A DNA stretch of 56,765 nt, counting the filler, from Nemertoderma westbladi (Eukaryota; Animalia; Xenacoelomorpha), in the NCBI GenBank assembly GCA_032718475.1. It is 3 parts of 3 records of this genome, joined end to end, with 100 filler letters (N's around TTAATTAATTAA, not from the genome) between each part and the next. Parts side by side here need not be neighbours in the genome. Positions count along the whole stretch, not along the records: positions 18,909 to 46,845 come from JAUCBJ010006552.1; 2 more parts are not named here. One strand, written 5' to 3'. The notes under the pieces were generated by a model that was given only the letters and a program-made list of their open reading frames with translations, was not told where the DNA came from and ran no database searches. Below are positions 27,681 through 38,900 of this stretch, piece by piece (within the stretch, counting starts at the first letter, position 1; each line of letters opens with the position of its first letter). Both the position numbers and the translations under genes were made by a program.

Positions 27681-30600
27681 GACATTTAATTGTATTAATT
27701 CCAACATATGGAGTAAAGATTTAAAATCAATGAATATATCGTTGCAATAAATTAATAAAATTATTTAATAAAAGAGTTCATGTTAATCATTAGAGGGGGA
27801 GGGGTCGGTGGACAGGTCTGCAAGGAACATTGCTGTACGTAACGCTGATATAGCTGGAAGGACGCCGGCACACGCTCTATTGTGTACCGCACTGTCTGCT
27901 ATGGCCCCGCACAGTGGCACTGTTCAGCTGGACGCCAGCAGCTGGGGGTCGCACAGAGTTTGTGGTGAAAACCCGTTTGCGATGAGCTGACCAGTGGTGC
28001 GGCACCGATAACCAGTTAGATTAGCCGGGTCTATTTCAGACTTTTCAGGGTCGTCTACGACCCCCAAGATTGCGGTTGACGAGGTGAATTTGCTAATACC
28101 GAACCAGAGTTTCCAATAGAAAGCCCGGATTCTATGGATGTGGTCCAGCTGTGCAATATTATTTTCCAAAGTGAAAACGCTGCATCCGTAGGATATAGAA
28201 GGGTAAATGATGGCAAGCCATAATCGTTTTGTGGTCAACATGGATACAACATTTAATTTAACTTTGGTAGCGAGGTGCATACAGCAGGCAATATCTTTAC
28301 TATATAAATGGGCGTGGTGGCCACCGGGGCCATTTTTCGTTGATAGGACGACCCCTAGATATTCGAAGGTGGGTTGGAATTTTATTGGAGTACCGTTATG
28401 CGTCAATATGTCATTGTGGCAGAGTCAACCGCCATTTCGGAATTTTACTGCTTTTGTTTTTAATATATTTTGTTGTAAGTTGTTGCGGGAGCATTAGTCA
28501 GATAATTTATCCAATCCATCCTGGACTGTATCTATCGAGTCACCGGCAATTACGAGGTCATCAGCGTACATGATTACCCAGCAGGCAACTGCCATAATTG
28601 CTGCTGGTAAGTCGGTGACTAGAAGGCTGAACAATAAGGGGGAGAGTTTATCTCCTTTGACTACCCCTACAGTTTGGCTGATTGGTTCTAGAACGTACGG
28701 TCCAATACAAAGAGATACAAAGTTAATCGCAATTAGCGCCCAAATAACACGTATGAACTTGCTGCTGACACCACAGGCTGATAACTTCTTGCAGAGAGTC
28801 TCTCTATTTACCGAGTCAAACGCCTTTGTAAAGTCGACAAATATACAGTATAGATGGCCGTCAGAAGGCGCTATTGCCATGTTGATACGGCTATATAAAG
28901 ATTTAACGGCTATTTTTGTGGAGCGGGCCTTCCGAAAACCGTATTGTTGATCGGGTAGAATGTAATTAGCTTCCGCCCATTTATATAGTCACGAGCTAAT
29001 GATTGCGGTGTAAGTTTTAAGTAAACAGAAAAGGAGTTTCGCGGTTAGCAGATTTGTAAAGTGCATTACCCAAGACTCCTCCGCAACATGGTGAGCGGTT
29101 GGTTTTGTTTGAGCTCCACCCTTTAGAATATTCCAGAACACGGATTTATCTGATGCGCAGGTGTCGATTAGCTCGTGTTCCTTGAGAGTTTGGAATAGCT
29201 TCCTTTTATTATTTAACAGGAGTTTGTAATCTCGCCTTTGATCGTTGTATATCGTCCGGAGTTCGGTCGATGGGTTTACCTGCATCGCATGAAGGCTCGA
29301 CATTAATTGTTTCCGTGCCATGTGGCACTGTTTATCAAACCAGGATTTCGATTTCCTCGGTTTCTGTGCAGTTGCAGAGTTCGTGATGGTCGATGTTATA
29401 TATGTACAGGCGGTGTCAACACCCTCCCTGAGAGCCGACTCAAATTCGTCTGGGTTCAATAATTCTCCCAGCTTTTCAATGTCTAGTGATTTCACAGCCG
29501 ATGTTCTTTGCTGCCATTTCAATGAGTTTCCTCGGGGGATATCTAGGCATTTATCTAGGCATATTTCGTTGTAATGGTTGGTTTAACCTTAAGAGTGATA
29601 TCATCGGAAAGCTCGTTTTCTACAAATACGAGATCTATTGTACTGTGTCCATTCCAGGAATAATAAATCTGTATATCATCAGGGTCATTTAGGCACCGCA
29701 GACCGGCGCCCATCAGACCACAGCACAGAGTATCTCTGCGTACTGCCTCAGGTCCATCAATGCGAGAGTTGAAATCCCCCATTAATATAATGGGCAGGCT
29801 GCATTTGGAGCGCATCATATTTAGTGCCAATGCCAGTTCTAGTAGCATATCGGAGGTATCCATCTTCAGATTGAAATAAAATGCCATGATAATTATGTCT
29901 CCAACATGTACTGCAAGGACTGATCTCGAGGTGATCATTTATTTATGTACTATAGAAATTCTCCCATTTATTGCGATCGTTAAACCACCATTTGGGCGAC
30001 CCAGGTCACCTTTCTCGCAGGGGACATTATAACATTTATAACCCGGAATGTTGACATCCGGGTCCAGCGATTTGGTTAACACCAGAATATCGGTATCTAT
30101 AAATGTGTTGTCTGTTGTTAAATCTATAGTCAATTGGGTCCCTTCGATGTTCCACAGTATGGTCCGTAGACAGTTAGGATCATTTATCGCATTTGTATTG
30201 GGGGGTATCAGTAACAAGGGTAACTCAGACAATAGTTTGTGGTTCTCAGCAGTTTGATAATGGTTACACTTAAGTTTATGTTTGTATAAACTACCTGCGT
30301 ATTTGTACGGTTTTAAGCAGCCAATACAGCAGATAGTATGGTTATCTTGGCGGTTTAATGCAGACGTTGGTTGTCAGTCTGCCGGATTAATGTTTTGGTT
30401 GTCAGCTCGCTGGATCGTCGGAATCCCGCTACCGGTTTGCTGTTAATTTAGGGGTAAACGGGGCTGCAGCTTGAGGTTAGCTCTGTCTGAGGAACTTAGA
30501 TAGTGCCGTTTAATCATTGCACCTTCTGGCCAGCAAGTAGGCTCGTACACTGCGTTTGCCGCTTCCTGAGATGGGCAAACTATGTGGAAGACTCCGAGTG

Positions 30601-31402
30601 GATGCAGAGTGGATGTTGGCTCATCCAGGGGTTGTTCCAATTTGAAGACATGGTCAAATAATATATTCTTTTCCTGCAGATGGACTTTTACCATCTCTGG
30701 GGTTGTATCCGGTTGGAGACGTCCTACTCGTATATGGAACCGAGCGGGCGGTCTTGCGACTGAACGTCCACGTTCCGCGTCTGGCGGAAGTTGCCGAACT
30801 TCCGAAGCCGGTTGCGATGACGACTGGTCGTTGAACCAGCGTTCTTTTTGTGATAACCTTTGCCGATGGTCGGGACTCCGTAGGCTGCGCTGGTCCTGGT
30901 GTAGAACTGCGCTGTCTAGCAAGGCCCCTAGCTGACCGGCGTCGGTGTGGATCTGACTACGGGTTGCCGGTTGTTTCTGTGGGGTATTAGATCCACTACC
31001 AGTACCTTCGGCTGCGGTACCGGGTGCGGGGGGTGGAAGCGGTTCTCCCCTTAGTAATAATAGGTCTTTACAACGGATTACTTCATGGTTGGCTTGCACC
31101 GTTTCTTGACGAGCATCCGCGAGACGCCCCAACGCCATTGTGCACATTGCGCACATCTTAGATAGGGCGTCAGTGATTGACTTTTCCTCCTCGTTAGTTG
31201 TTTTCTTTTGCCTGGTTTCTCGTACCATTGATAGGACCTCGCTTTGCAGATTAAGATACACGTTGGCACTTGATTCCATCACAACAGCAATAGTAGACAA
31301 TAAAATATCATATAATAAAAAACAAATTAAAATAAAATTACAATTATTTATATAATTACAATTATACAATTATACCAAGACGGTACTGGTATCACTTGTA
31401 TG
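27681..31402 (-). mobile_element. Full-span degenerate two-ORF LINE (RTE-X-like): ORF1, APE, RT, C-terminal CCHC
   Basis: APE motifs LWNIEG, GRPNGG, MGDFNSR, STIDLV. RT motifs FVDFTKAFDSV, GDKLSPLLF, YADD, FEYLGV. 15-bp direct repeat CACACTTTTAATTAT at 27666-27680 and 31403-31417 (TSD). The clade call is tentative. Confidence 0.88.
30443..31279 (-). CDS. LINE ORF1 protein (likely start MESSANVYL), still open
   Basis: Helical N-terminus, low-complexity linker and RRM-like C-terminus (FHIRVGRLQPDTTPEMV...YEPTCWPEGAMIKRHY), directly upstream of the APE domain. Confidence 0.7.
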   Translation of the reverse strand: MESSANVYLNLQSEVLSMVRETRQKKTTNEEEKSITDALSKMCAMCTMALGRLADARQETVQANHEVIRCKDLLLLRGEPLPPPAPGTAAEGTGSGSNTPQKQPATRSQIHTDAGQLGALLDSAVLHQDQRSLRSPDHRQRLSQKERWFNDQSSSQPASEVRQLPPDAERGRSVARPPARFHIRVGRLQPDTTPEMVKVHLQEKNILFDHVFKLEQPLDEPTSTLHPLGVFHIVCPSQEAANAVYEPTCWPEGAMIKRHYLSSSDRANLKLQPRLPLN

Positions 31403-31988
31403 CACACTTTTAATTATCAAAAGTCCTTAAATTCTTAACCTCTAAGGCTAATAAAATAACAAAATGATTCTGGAACTACATGTAAGGTAAATTGACCCTA
31501 AATTGATTTCTTTTTACAGTGATAGTAACTATATTTAATGCAATGACACATTACAGAAGGGAATTTTTTACTAGTTTCCATGGTTATAAGGCAACTGCCA
31601 ATCCATTTTTATGGCGCCGCCATTAAAAATATACAGAGTCATATTGACAATATATTTGAAATGTTTCTTGATATTACCACAAGGGGAACACATATTTGGC
31701 AATGGCTTAGAAACTAGTGATATTTACCAAAATTCACCGAAATTTGCAGTAAAGTCGACATTTGAAGACGCATTTCGAACAGTTTCCATGGTAACTGGAT
31801 TCTTAAATCGACCTCGAAGGATTCTGTGATGCCGGTTTAGGGGTGAGGTCACGGGAGCCAAAAATTCACAATTAAGCTTGGCATACGACGGATTCGGAAT
31901 GAGCACATTCGATCTAGATTAATGTAAAGATGATAGAAAAAATAAAGCATTGAGGGTCTTTAGCTGGTTATATTATATTAGATAAAGA

Positions 31989-32035
31989 TACAATAGTAAA
32001 CGTTTTCGACCTACCGGTCTGCATCAGACTATGTA
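31989..32035 (-). ncRNA. Minimal type I hammerhead-ribozyme-like motif (inverted copy)
   Basis: Exact reverse complement of 32391-32437. Confidence 0.65.
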
Positions 32036-32390
32036 CTGGCATCTAACAGGAAAAGGTGGGGGTCTATATATATATATATAAGTTTTAAAGGGGAATACCT
32101 GATAGGTGAATCCCAGAAAGGTTAACATGTATGTATGTACTGTATAACGTAAGGTAATTGTGATGGGGAAAGAACACGAGTTAGTTGTAAGCTGTCAATC
32201 TAAAGTACAAATATAGGGTTGCAGGTTGGGTTATAAAGTTGGGAGAAGTTGATAGGGAAATCCCAGGAGTGGTCATGTGTCTACGTACTGAATGGTATAA
32301 TTGGATTAGGTAGGTTACATAAGATTATGAGGTATCTACTTAAAGCGCATATATATATATAGACCCCCACCTTTTCCTGTTAGTTGCCAG

Positions 32391-32437
32391 TACATAGTCT
32401 GATGCAGACCGGTAGGTCGAAAACGTTTACTATTGTA
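32391..32437 (+). ncRNA. Minimal type I hammerhead-ribozyme-like motif
   Basis: UACAUAGU (stem I) - CUGAUGCA - GACC ggua GGUC (stem II) - GAAA - ACGU (palindromic loop III) - UU - ACUAuUGUA (stem I'). Confidence 0.68.
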
Positions 32438-33082
32438 TCTTTATCTAATATAATATAACCAGCTAAAGACCCTCAATACTTTATTTTTTCTGTCATCTCT
32501 ACACTATGCTGCCGCTGGTGAATGCCTACCACTTCATCCGTTCGATCTAGATTAATGCAGTTTGTTGATAGCCATTCAGTGGCGGTTCGTCAGGGAGGGC
32601 CAGGTAGGCCTGGCACACCCAAAAGTTCTGTTAAGTCAACTAAAAATGACATATATGACAATACATACTGTATATGTATTGTAGTACTGAGTAATACTAC
32701 TATCTCATGATGTCTATAAAAATTATATCATTATTTAGATATTTTTGTTTTGGTTAGATTCAGCCCTTCTGTAACCTGTGTTTTTGGTGAAAACCTGCTA
32801 TTCTTCACATGGGGGTAACTGCAAAGTGAAATATAACATAAGAAAGTCTGATATTCTTCACATGGACCTCTGATTCTGAAGTTTAAGTGTTTTAAATATG
32901 CAATTTAGATTAAACCCTTTTTCTTTCTTCAACAACAATAACTCCCCCCAATCCCCTCCATTCACACCAATCGGATACGTATTTATTTATTACAGTATTT
33001 TTTAAACCAGTAGAGATCAAATCATACACTGTGACACGATGCGGAGATGCAGTTTTTATTATGCCAAAATATCATAATCAGA

Positions 33083-33175
33083 CCACATCATCTGACACTA
33101 TACATGTGAGTGACGAATCTCCAGAGCCACGGCTCGATAAAAACTTTCCATCAAATGTTAGTAATACTAAATATT
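33083..33175 (-). pseudogene. Short paralogous fragment of the 36894-37922 gene
   Basis: CCACATCATCTGACACTATACATGTGAGTG...AAAAACTTTCCATCAAATGTT...AAATATT matches 37682-37774 with only a few substitutions. Confidence 0.85.
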
Positions 33176-33299
33176 AGGTGCATGCACTCGAAATAATTGT
33201 TAAAAATAACACACAGCTAATTTAATACGAATCGTTAATATTGTTGTTTCAAATTGACCCAATAGTTGCACACCTTTGCTATACTGCTCTGATCCTGGT

Positions 33300-34054
33300 G
33301 ATATAGCATTTGCTTTCGGGTTGTTAGAAATGAATAGCGCACCCAGCTCTGGAGGTTTAAGTCCAGCAATGCTTGCACTGGGCCGTGAACAAAGGACACT
33401 CGTTCCCCGTTTGGTAACCCCAATGGTGACGCCTGCGACACGCACTTCGGGTGCAACCGCTCGGGTTATGAAGACAGAGGAAGCCACAGAAATGAAAATC
33501 AGAAAGGCTAGAAAGCTACAACCAATCGAACAGGGAGAACTTGTCTGGGTTCAGGATCCGAAATCAAGACGCTGGTTCTGTTCCGGTGTTATATCTGAGA
33601 TTCTCAACAACAATGACTATATAATCGAGACCGATAATGGAAAGGAATACCGCCGTCACCGGATATTTATCCGCCCAAAAAGTGCTCATGTCGCGACACA
33701 TAGTATAACAGCGCAACAGCACAAATAGGAAGAGGAGAGTCTGGGTGCAGCTCAGCCTGATCATGTTGGACGTATTCAAAATTATGCAGTTTATCAGCCG
33801 AGACGTTCCGGGCGGGATCGAAAAATTACAGTACCATATCAGTATATAAATTAAGCAGAACATCGTTCTGCTCAAAGAAAGAAAGAGAGATGTAGTAGGA
33901 ACCTTATAACATTATACTGTAATATATCCATGTGCTTATGGTGGAGGGAATTTCAAATGCGATCCTGACTTATATAGATATACTCGTAAACTATTATTAA
34001 TATATACGCCAGTCTCTATTACGTTTGAGTTTCACTTATGTTGTGATATCAACA
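33300..34054 (+). mobile_element. Gypsy LTR retrotransposon 3' remnant: integrase C-terminus, PPT and short 3' LTR (33891-34054)
   Basis: GLSPAMLALGREQRTLVP...GELVWVQDP..W..G.I...YIIETDNGKEYRRHR. Purine tract AAAGAAAGAAAGAGAGA is followed by TGTAG...CAACA. Confidence 0.78.
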
Positions 34055-34394
34055 TATACTCCTACCTAATACTATGATACATTATTTCTACCCTTCTGTA
34101 CCCCTCTGTAGGCTTACTATACTTCTGTACTTATCGTGGCTAACTAATTCTCTAACATATAATACATCTATAATACTGGTATTCTAACCACCACCTCCCC
34201 ATCGTACATTTCCCATGTCCAACCGGTGAGCAACTGTATACTAGCAATGCTACTTGGTTGCCCGAAATTACTATATATACAATTATTGTTACAATATATA
34301 AGTTTTTGAAATAGGCATATATTAATTCGTCGTTGTTGTTTTGTGTTGTTTTGTTATAACTATTGGGCAAAAAATATATATACTTACTTATTTC

Positions 34395-34680
34395 CACCCA
34401 GAAACCCCATAATTCCCCCAGATTCCCCACCACCTTACCCACAGAAGCCCCTCCCCCCAGAACCCCCTCCTTCCCCACAGAAGCCCCTCCCCCCAGAACC
34501 CCCTCCTTCCCCCAGAACCCCCTCCTCCCCACCAGAACCCCCTCCTCCCCCACAGAACACCTCCTCCCCACCAGAACCCCCTCCTCCCCCACAGAATCCC
34601 TCCTCCCCCACCCCAGAATCCCCACATTACTCCCAGATCCCTAACCTTTCCCCCACAACCACCCTTTCCCCCTTCCTCCT
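34395..34680. repeat. C-rich degenerate about 20-bp tandem repeat (CCCCACAGAACCCCCTCCT-like), G-quadruplex-prone on the minus strand
   Basis: CAGAA recurs, followed by C runs. Confidence 0.8.
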
Positions 34681-35415
34681 ATTCATTAATTTTTAACCAA
34701 TGTCCCCAATTATGTTTATTTAATTTTTGATAAAAAAAATATTTTTTTTGAGCATTTTTTTCATATCGTTTTATAATGGTTTGTTTTTTAAATCAGTTTA
34801 TATTATTGTTTTATCTATAAAATAAAAAAATGTAGTTAAAGCTTTACCAATGATTTGGAAACCGACCGGAAGAAACAAGCAGAACATCCTCTTTCTGAAT
34901 AAATATCCGATTTATTATTAACAAAACATGGTTTAAGGAAATTGATTATATTCACACATAACATGGCGATACACGAAATCTAGGTAAGCCTTTGCCCTGC
35001 TGCGGTATAATTATTCTGTTCAATTTTGATAATTATTTTGCGCACCCTTTTAGTGGGTGCAAACAAACCAGAAACTTTTTCTAGTGCTCTCTAGTGCTGA
35101 TTATCCGCAGTATCTGGAGCTAATATATGGCGGCTCTTTGTAGGCTTCCGTAGCTAGCTATGCCACAGAGGTCGTTTCTGTAACAGAAGGCAACCCAAAC
35201 CGCCCAATAGAATCAACATGGCTGTGTTACCTGACCTCAAATTTCTGGTGTCAACTCGAACTATTTTGATAGGATGTATATCAACCTGGGCATTATTGTA
35301 GTGAATTTAAGAAATACCTAGACTCGGATATACCCTGATACCCTTCCATAATAATACATACTGTATAATATAACAATTACAATTTAAAGGTATTAAATGT
35401 ATAGCAACTACTGTA

Positions 35416-36103
35416 TATATTAGGGCGGTGCGATTTTTACTTTTTTTCGATTTCATTGTTCTACCGGTGCACAAAAGTTGCCAAATGGTAAAAAAATAAG
35501 GCAAAAAAAATTTCTTTAAATTTCGTCTATATCTTCACGGATCCCAAGAGGGTTGAATTTTGAGCCATCGCGATGCGCCATAATGAAATTTATAGCAATA
35601 TAACACATTAATGAAAGATCAATGACTCAAAAAATAACTTCCTGCATGCATCAAATGTCATCAAATGGGTCCAAACTTAGTTAGATACCAAAATTTTAAT
35701 TTTTGGGTCAAGGTAACTAGTGCCACAGGCACATGGAGAGAACCTACCATTTGGCGCAAGTGATGATAATTCTCAATTTTCGCGATGGCCAACTTTGATT
35801 CTCCTATTGCATTAATAATATGCTCATTAGAACCGCAATGGCCGATTTAGTGGGGGTAGACACCTTCAAAACAAACGTAGAGCGAATAGCTCTTGAGATA
35901 TCGCAGAAAATGTGAAGTCTGGCACATGTCTACATTACCACCTTGATGTTATAGTAGGTCGATATCGATGGGATCCGTGACGATATACACGAAATTTAAA
36001 GAAATTTTTTTTTCCTTATTTTTTTACCATTTGGCAACTTTTGTGCACCGACCGGTAGAACAATGAAATCGAAAAAAAGTAAAAAACGCACCGCCCTAAT
36101 ATA
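35416..36103. mobile_element. MITE with about 130-bp terminal inverted repeats (TATATTAGGGCGGTGCG...CGCACCGCCCTAATATA)
   Basis: 35416-35546 is nearly the exact reverse complement of 35969-36103. Confidence 0.9.
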
Positions 36104-36893
36104 AATGCTGACTTTTCGTTAATACCCTTCACCATACTAAATGACACTCCTATATCACAGTAGTAAAATAATAAGATAGCTAGCGCTACCACCACCGCAA
36201 AATATATTGTCTACAATAATATCAATCAAATTACATGAAAAACATGAAGATTTAAAGATTGAAAATTATTTTTAGATTAAATCTAGTAATATGTTATAGT
36301 TGGTGTAATGTACATCACAAAATTGTTGTTTGGGAAAATTGTTGTTTAGTATGTGTCTTCTATCAATGAACGTTGCTGAAAACCCTATACTGAAGGCCTT
36401 TTTATACTTGGGTTTACTTTTACTCCATTTTATCAAAAGAATATCAAATTGAAATCATCATAATTTTTGTGTTGGTTTAGAAAAATCATTTACTTTATTG
36501 AAAAGTTACAATAGTATGGTGGTTTGTGAAATTTGTAAGATTTAGGATTTTGAAATTTTGTATGTAAAGATGTTTGGTAGATCCCCCAAATGCATCCCCT
36601 TAATGCACCTAATATATTAACAGATTAAACATTAGACAATTCTAATGAAAACTTTATTAAAATTATGCATCAGATAATGCTGAATATTGTGCATTTCTAA
36701 GTAATGTTTGGAGATTAGCCCTCTAGATAAATAATTAATAATTTTTAATTATGCTGTACAATAATTATGCTGGAGTCCAAATAAATGCTAACTAGAAACT
36801 TTGAGTAACTTGAGATATTAAATTGTTATATTATCATCCGAAAGGTAAAAACCCAATAGAGAGTTCAAAGAAATCTGGGTAACGATGAAGTAG

Positions 36894-37922
36894 TTAAAAG
36901 TCAACAAGTTTGAAGTAGTTTGGTCTCATCTCGAAGGGACCATAGCTCTCGACCTTCTGCATTAACTTTATACGCGCGAACGGTAACAGACGAACTTTCA
37001 ACGTCTGAGTGGTTTCCGGTTGGAATGTTTGATCTGAATACTCAATCTTTCTTTCTTTTTTCTTGACATTAAGCAGTGAGGAATCAGCTTTCACAGATGT
37101 ATACTTCTTATCGGGGTCCAAGCGATCCATTAGACTACTAAAGAATGGTCCAGCGCCTATCAACTGGGCTTCCGCCTCAATGCGGACGCTGTTACTTACG
37201 GTTGCGAAGTCGACACTTGAGCTTGTTGTTTTTTTGCTCATACCTTGTTTGGTAATAAATTCTACCACGCTCGTTGAATTAGATTCTCGGTTGTCAAATA
37301 AAAATATATTCTCCCAGAGATCCTTTGGTGTCCACTCGTCCCGGCTACCGGTCTTCCAGCTTTTGAAAACAGAACGGAATTTAATAAACATCACAATATC
37401 TTCATCAGCCTTCTTTAATACAGCACAATCATCACGATTTTCATCTATAATCACAAACAATTGCATGGGACTTATATTTGACAATTCTTGAAAAATCGCA
37501 ATCTCTTCATCATTTTCGCTCCTTATCATGCAAAAGTGATCATCTTGGTCCCTATTTGTCACAGCCAATTTATTATTCTTAACTATAACATTCCTCTTGT
37601 CATATGTCTTCAATCTAAATTTGTGCTGACATTTTGTTGTTTTCTCATGTGTTTCTATCAATTCAAACAATTCATTTGTACCCACATCATCTGACACTAT
37701 ACATGTGAGTGGCGAATCGCCAGAGCCACGACTCGATAAAAACTTTCCATCAAATGTTTGTAATATTAAATATTTTTCACCTGGTACAAGTTGTTCAATG
37801 TTAGGTAAATAGCCCACTGTGAACTTCCAAAAGTCCTTTCTGCTCCCTACTTTAAACCAGTTACTTTCTGTTTGGTGAGGAAAACAGAACGTCAATAATA
37901 GAAATACAATGAACATCGACAT
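36894..37922 (-). CDS. Secreted protein: N-terminal beta-trefoil (fascin/lectin-like) + C-terminal lysenin/aerolysin-like beta-pore-forming domain
   Basis: 342-aa intact single-exon ORF with a signal peptide. Trefoil-like repeats LQTFDGKFLS..NELFEL and FRLKTYD. From W203, WENIFLFDNRESNS..ITKQGM, a Ser/Thr-rich alternating strand, and TQTLKVRLLP...LMQKVESYG. The ORF is well supported; the function is inferred. Confidence 0.75.
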   Translation of the reverse strand: MSMFIVFLLLTFCFPHQTESNWFKVGSRKDFWKFTVGYLPNIEQLVPGEKYLILQTFDGKFLSSRGSGDSPLTCIVSDDVGTNELFELIETHEKTTKCQHKFRLKTYDKRNVIVKNNKLAVTNRDQDDHFCMIRSENDEEIAIFQELSNISPMQLFVIIDENRDDCAVLKKADEDIVMFIKFRSVFKSWKTGSRDEWTPKDLWENIFLFDNRESNSTSVVEFITKQGMSKKTTSSSVDFATVSNSVRIEAEAQLIGAGPFFSSLMDRLDPDKKYTSVKADSSLLNVKKKERKIEYSDQTFQPETTQTLKVRLLPFARIKLMQKVESYGPFEMRPNYFKLVDF

Positions 37923-38900
37923 TGTGTCAGCTTTATCAAAACGATGTTAAGTTAATTAGTAGTGAGTTAATTCGAGTACAATTATACATATAACTATTGT
38001 AGCAAAACAATTGTTCAATTTATTATTATTATACTTGATTCTTATTATTGCTTAAGTTATCCTTCATGTAGGTAATATAAGCTTAGGGTCCCTTTCAAAC
38101 GAATTTAGGTCCTCAAATTATTTTTGTTACATAAAGGCGAAATTCAGTCAAATTAGTGTACGCATTTCTGTACTGTATTTGCCCACTCACGTTTTTTTTT
38201 TAATAAATTTACAATTTTTTGCAATCTAAACCTTCCATGCCCTTCGTATCGTAGTATCTACTCTCTTGTGCGGGGGCAATCATAGGTGTGTCGGGACCTG
38301 CGTCCTATCGAGTGCTACTACATGCGAATGGCAAAAGTATTGCTGGGAGTGAGACGCCAAACGACCTGTGCCTCATTGAGGAAGCGAGTTGCCACCAGTG
38401 GCCTGGAGAGTGTTTGTTGCCAGGCAATGCTTCTTCGTTAAACCCCACGGTAATGCAGCAACGGGAAATACACTGGCCTATAAAATTCTAACGGAGGCAT
38501 CAAAAGTAAAGCCAGGAGAAACGCTCGTCTGGTGAGGGAGAGAGTAAAAAATAAACCTACCACTGCTACAAAATTTGAGACATATAAAACAGAGATAAAC
38601 CCCGATCTCAAGTGCCACCTTTTTTACTTCTCCGCAGTAAGCTATTTATTCCGGCATCGCTTTATTTCATTAGAATAAAACTAATGTCACATAATCTCTA
38701 GCAATAGAGAGGGGTCGGTGGAGTAGAATTCCTCGGTGTCCGTATTATCGCCGTATATATAACGTAACATCGCGTGTGTACCGTGTGGTTGCGACAACGC
38801 GAATATCCATGTAGTATTCAAACAGAAACCATATATGTACAATACTATTTAACTACCCATTTAGTAATGATATACGTGAGTCTGCACCCCCTTCTATTAA

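Larger units (their letters stand above)
27094..31830. mobile_element. Non-autonomous DNA element with long diverged inverted arms (27094-27302 and 31574-31830), split by a LINE insertion
   Basis: Matching inverted blocks include GAGGTCGATTTTAGAATC vs GATTCTTAAATCGACCTC, CCAAATATGTGTTCCCCTTG vs CAAGGGGAACACATATTTGG, and CCATAAAAATGGATTGG vs CCAATCCATTTTTATGG. Confidence 0.75.
31925..32540 (+). mobile_element. Penelope-type truncated insertion: pseudo-LTR plus inverted copy
   Basis: About 155-bp near-perfect inverted arms (about 31923-32079 and 32349-32503) with a short extension on the right. 17-bp direct repeat TTCGATCTAGATTAATG at 31908-31924 and 32541-32557. Each arm carries a hammerhead-like motif. 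Confidence 0.8.

Noticed and set aside
34152-34696. Pro- or Gly-rich ORFs
   Set aside because: Products of the C-rich low-complexity repeat, open in several frames.
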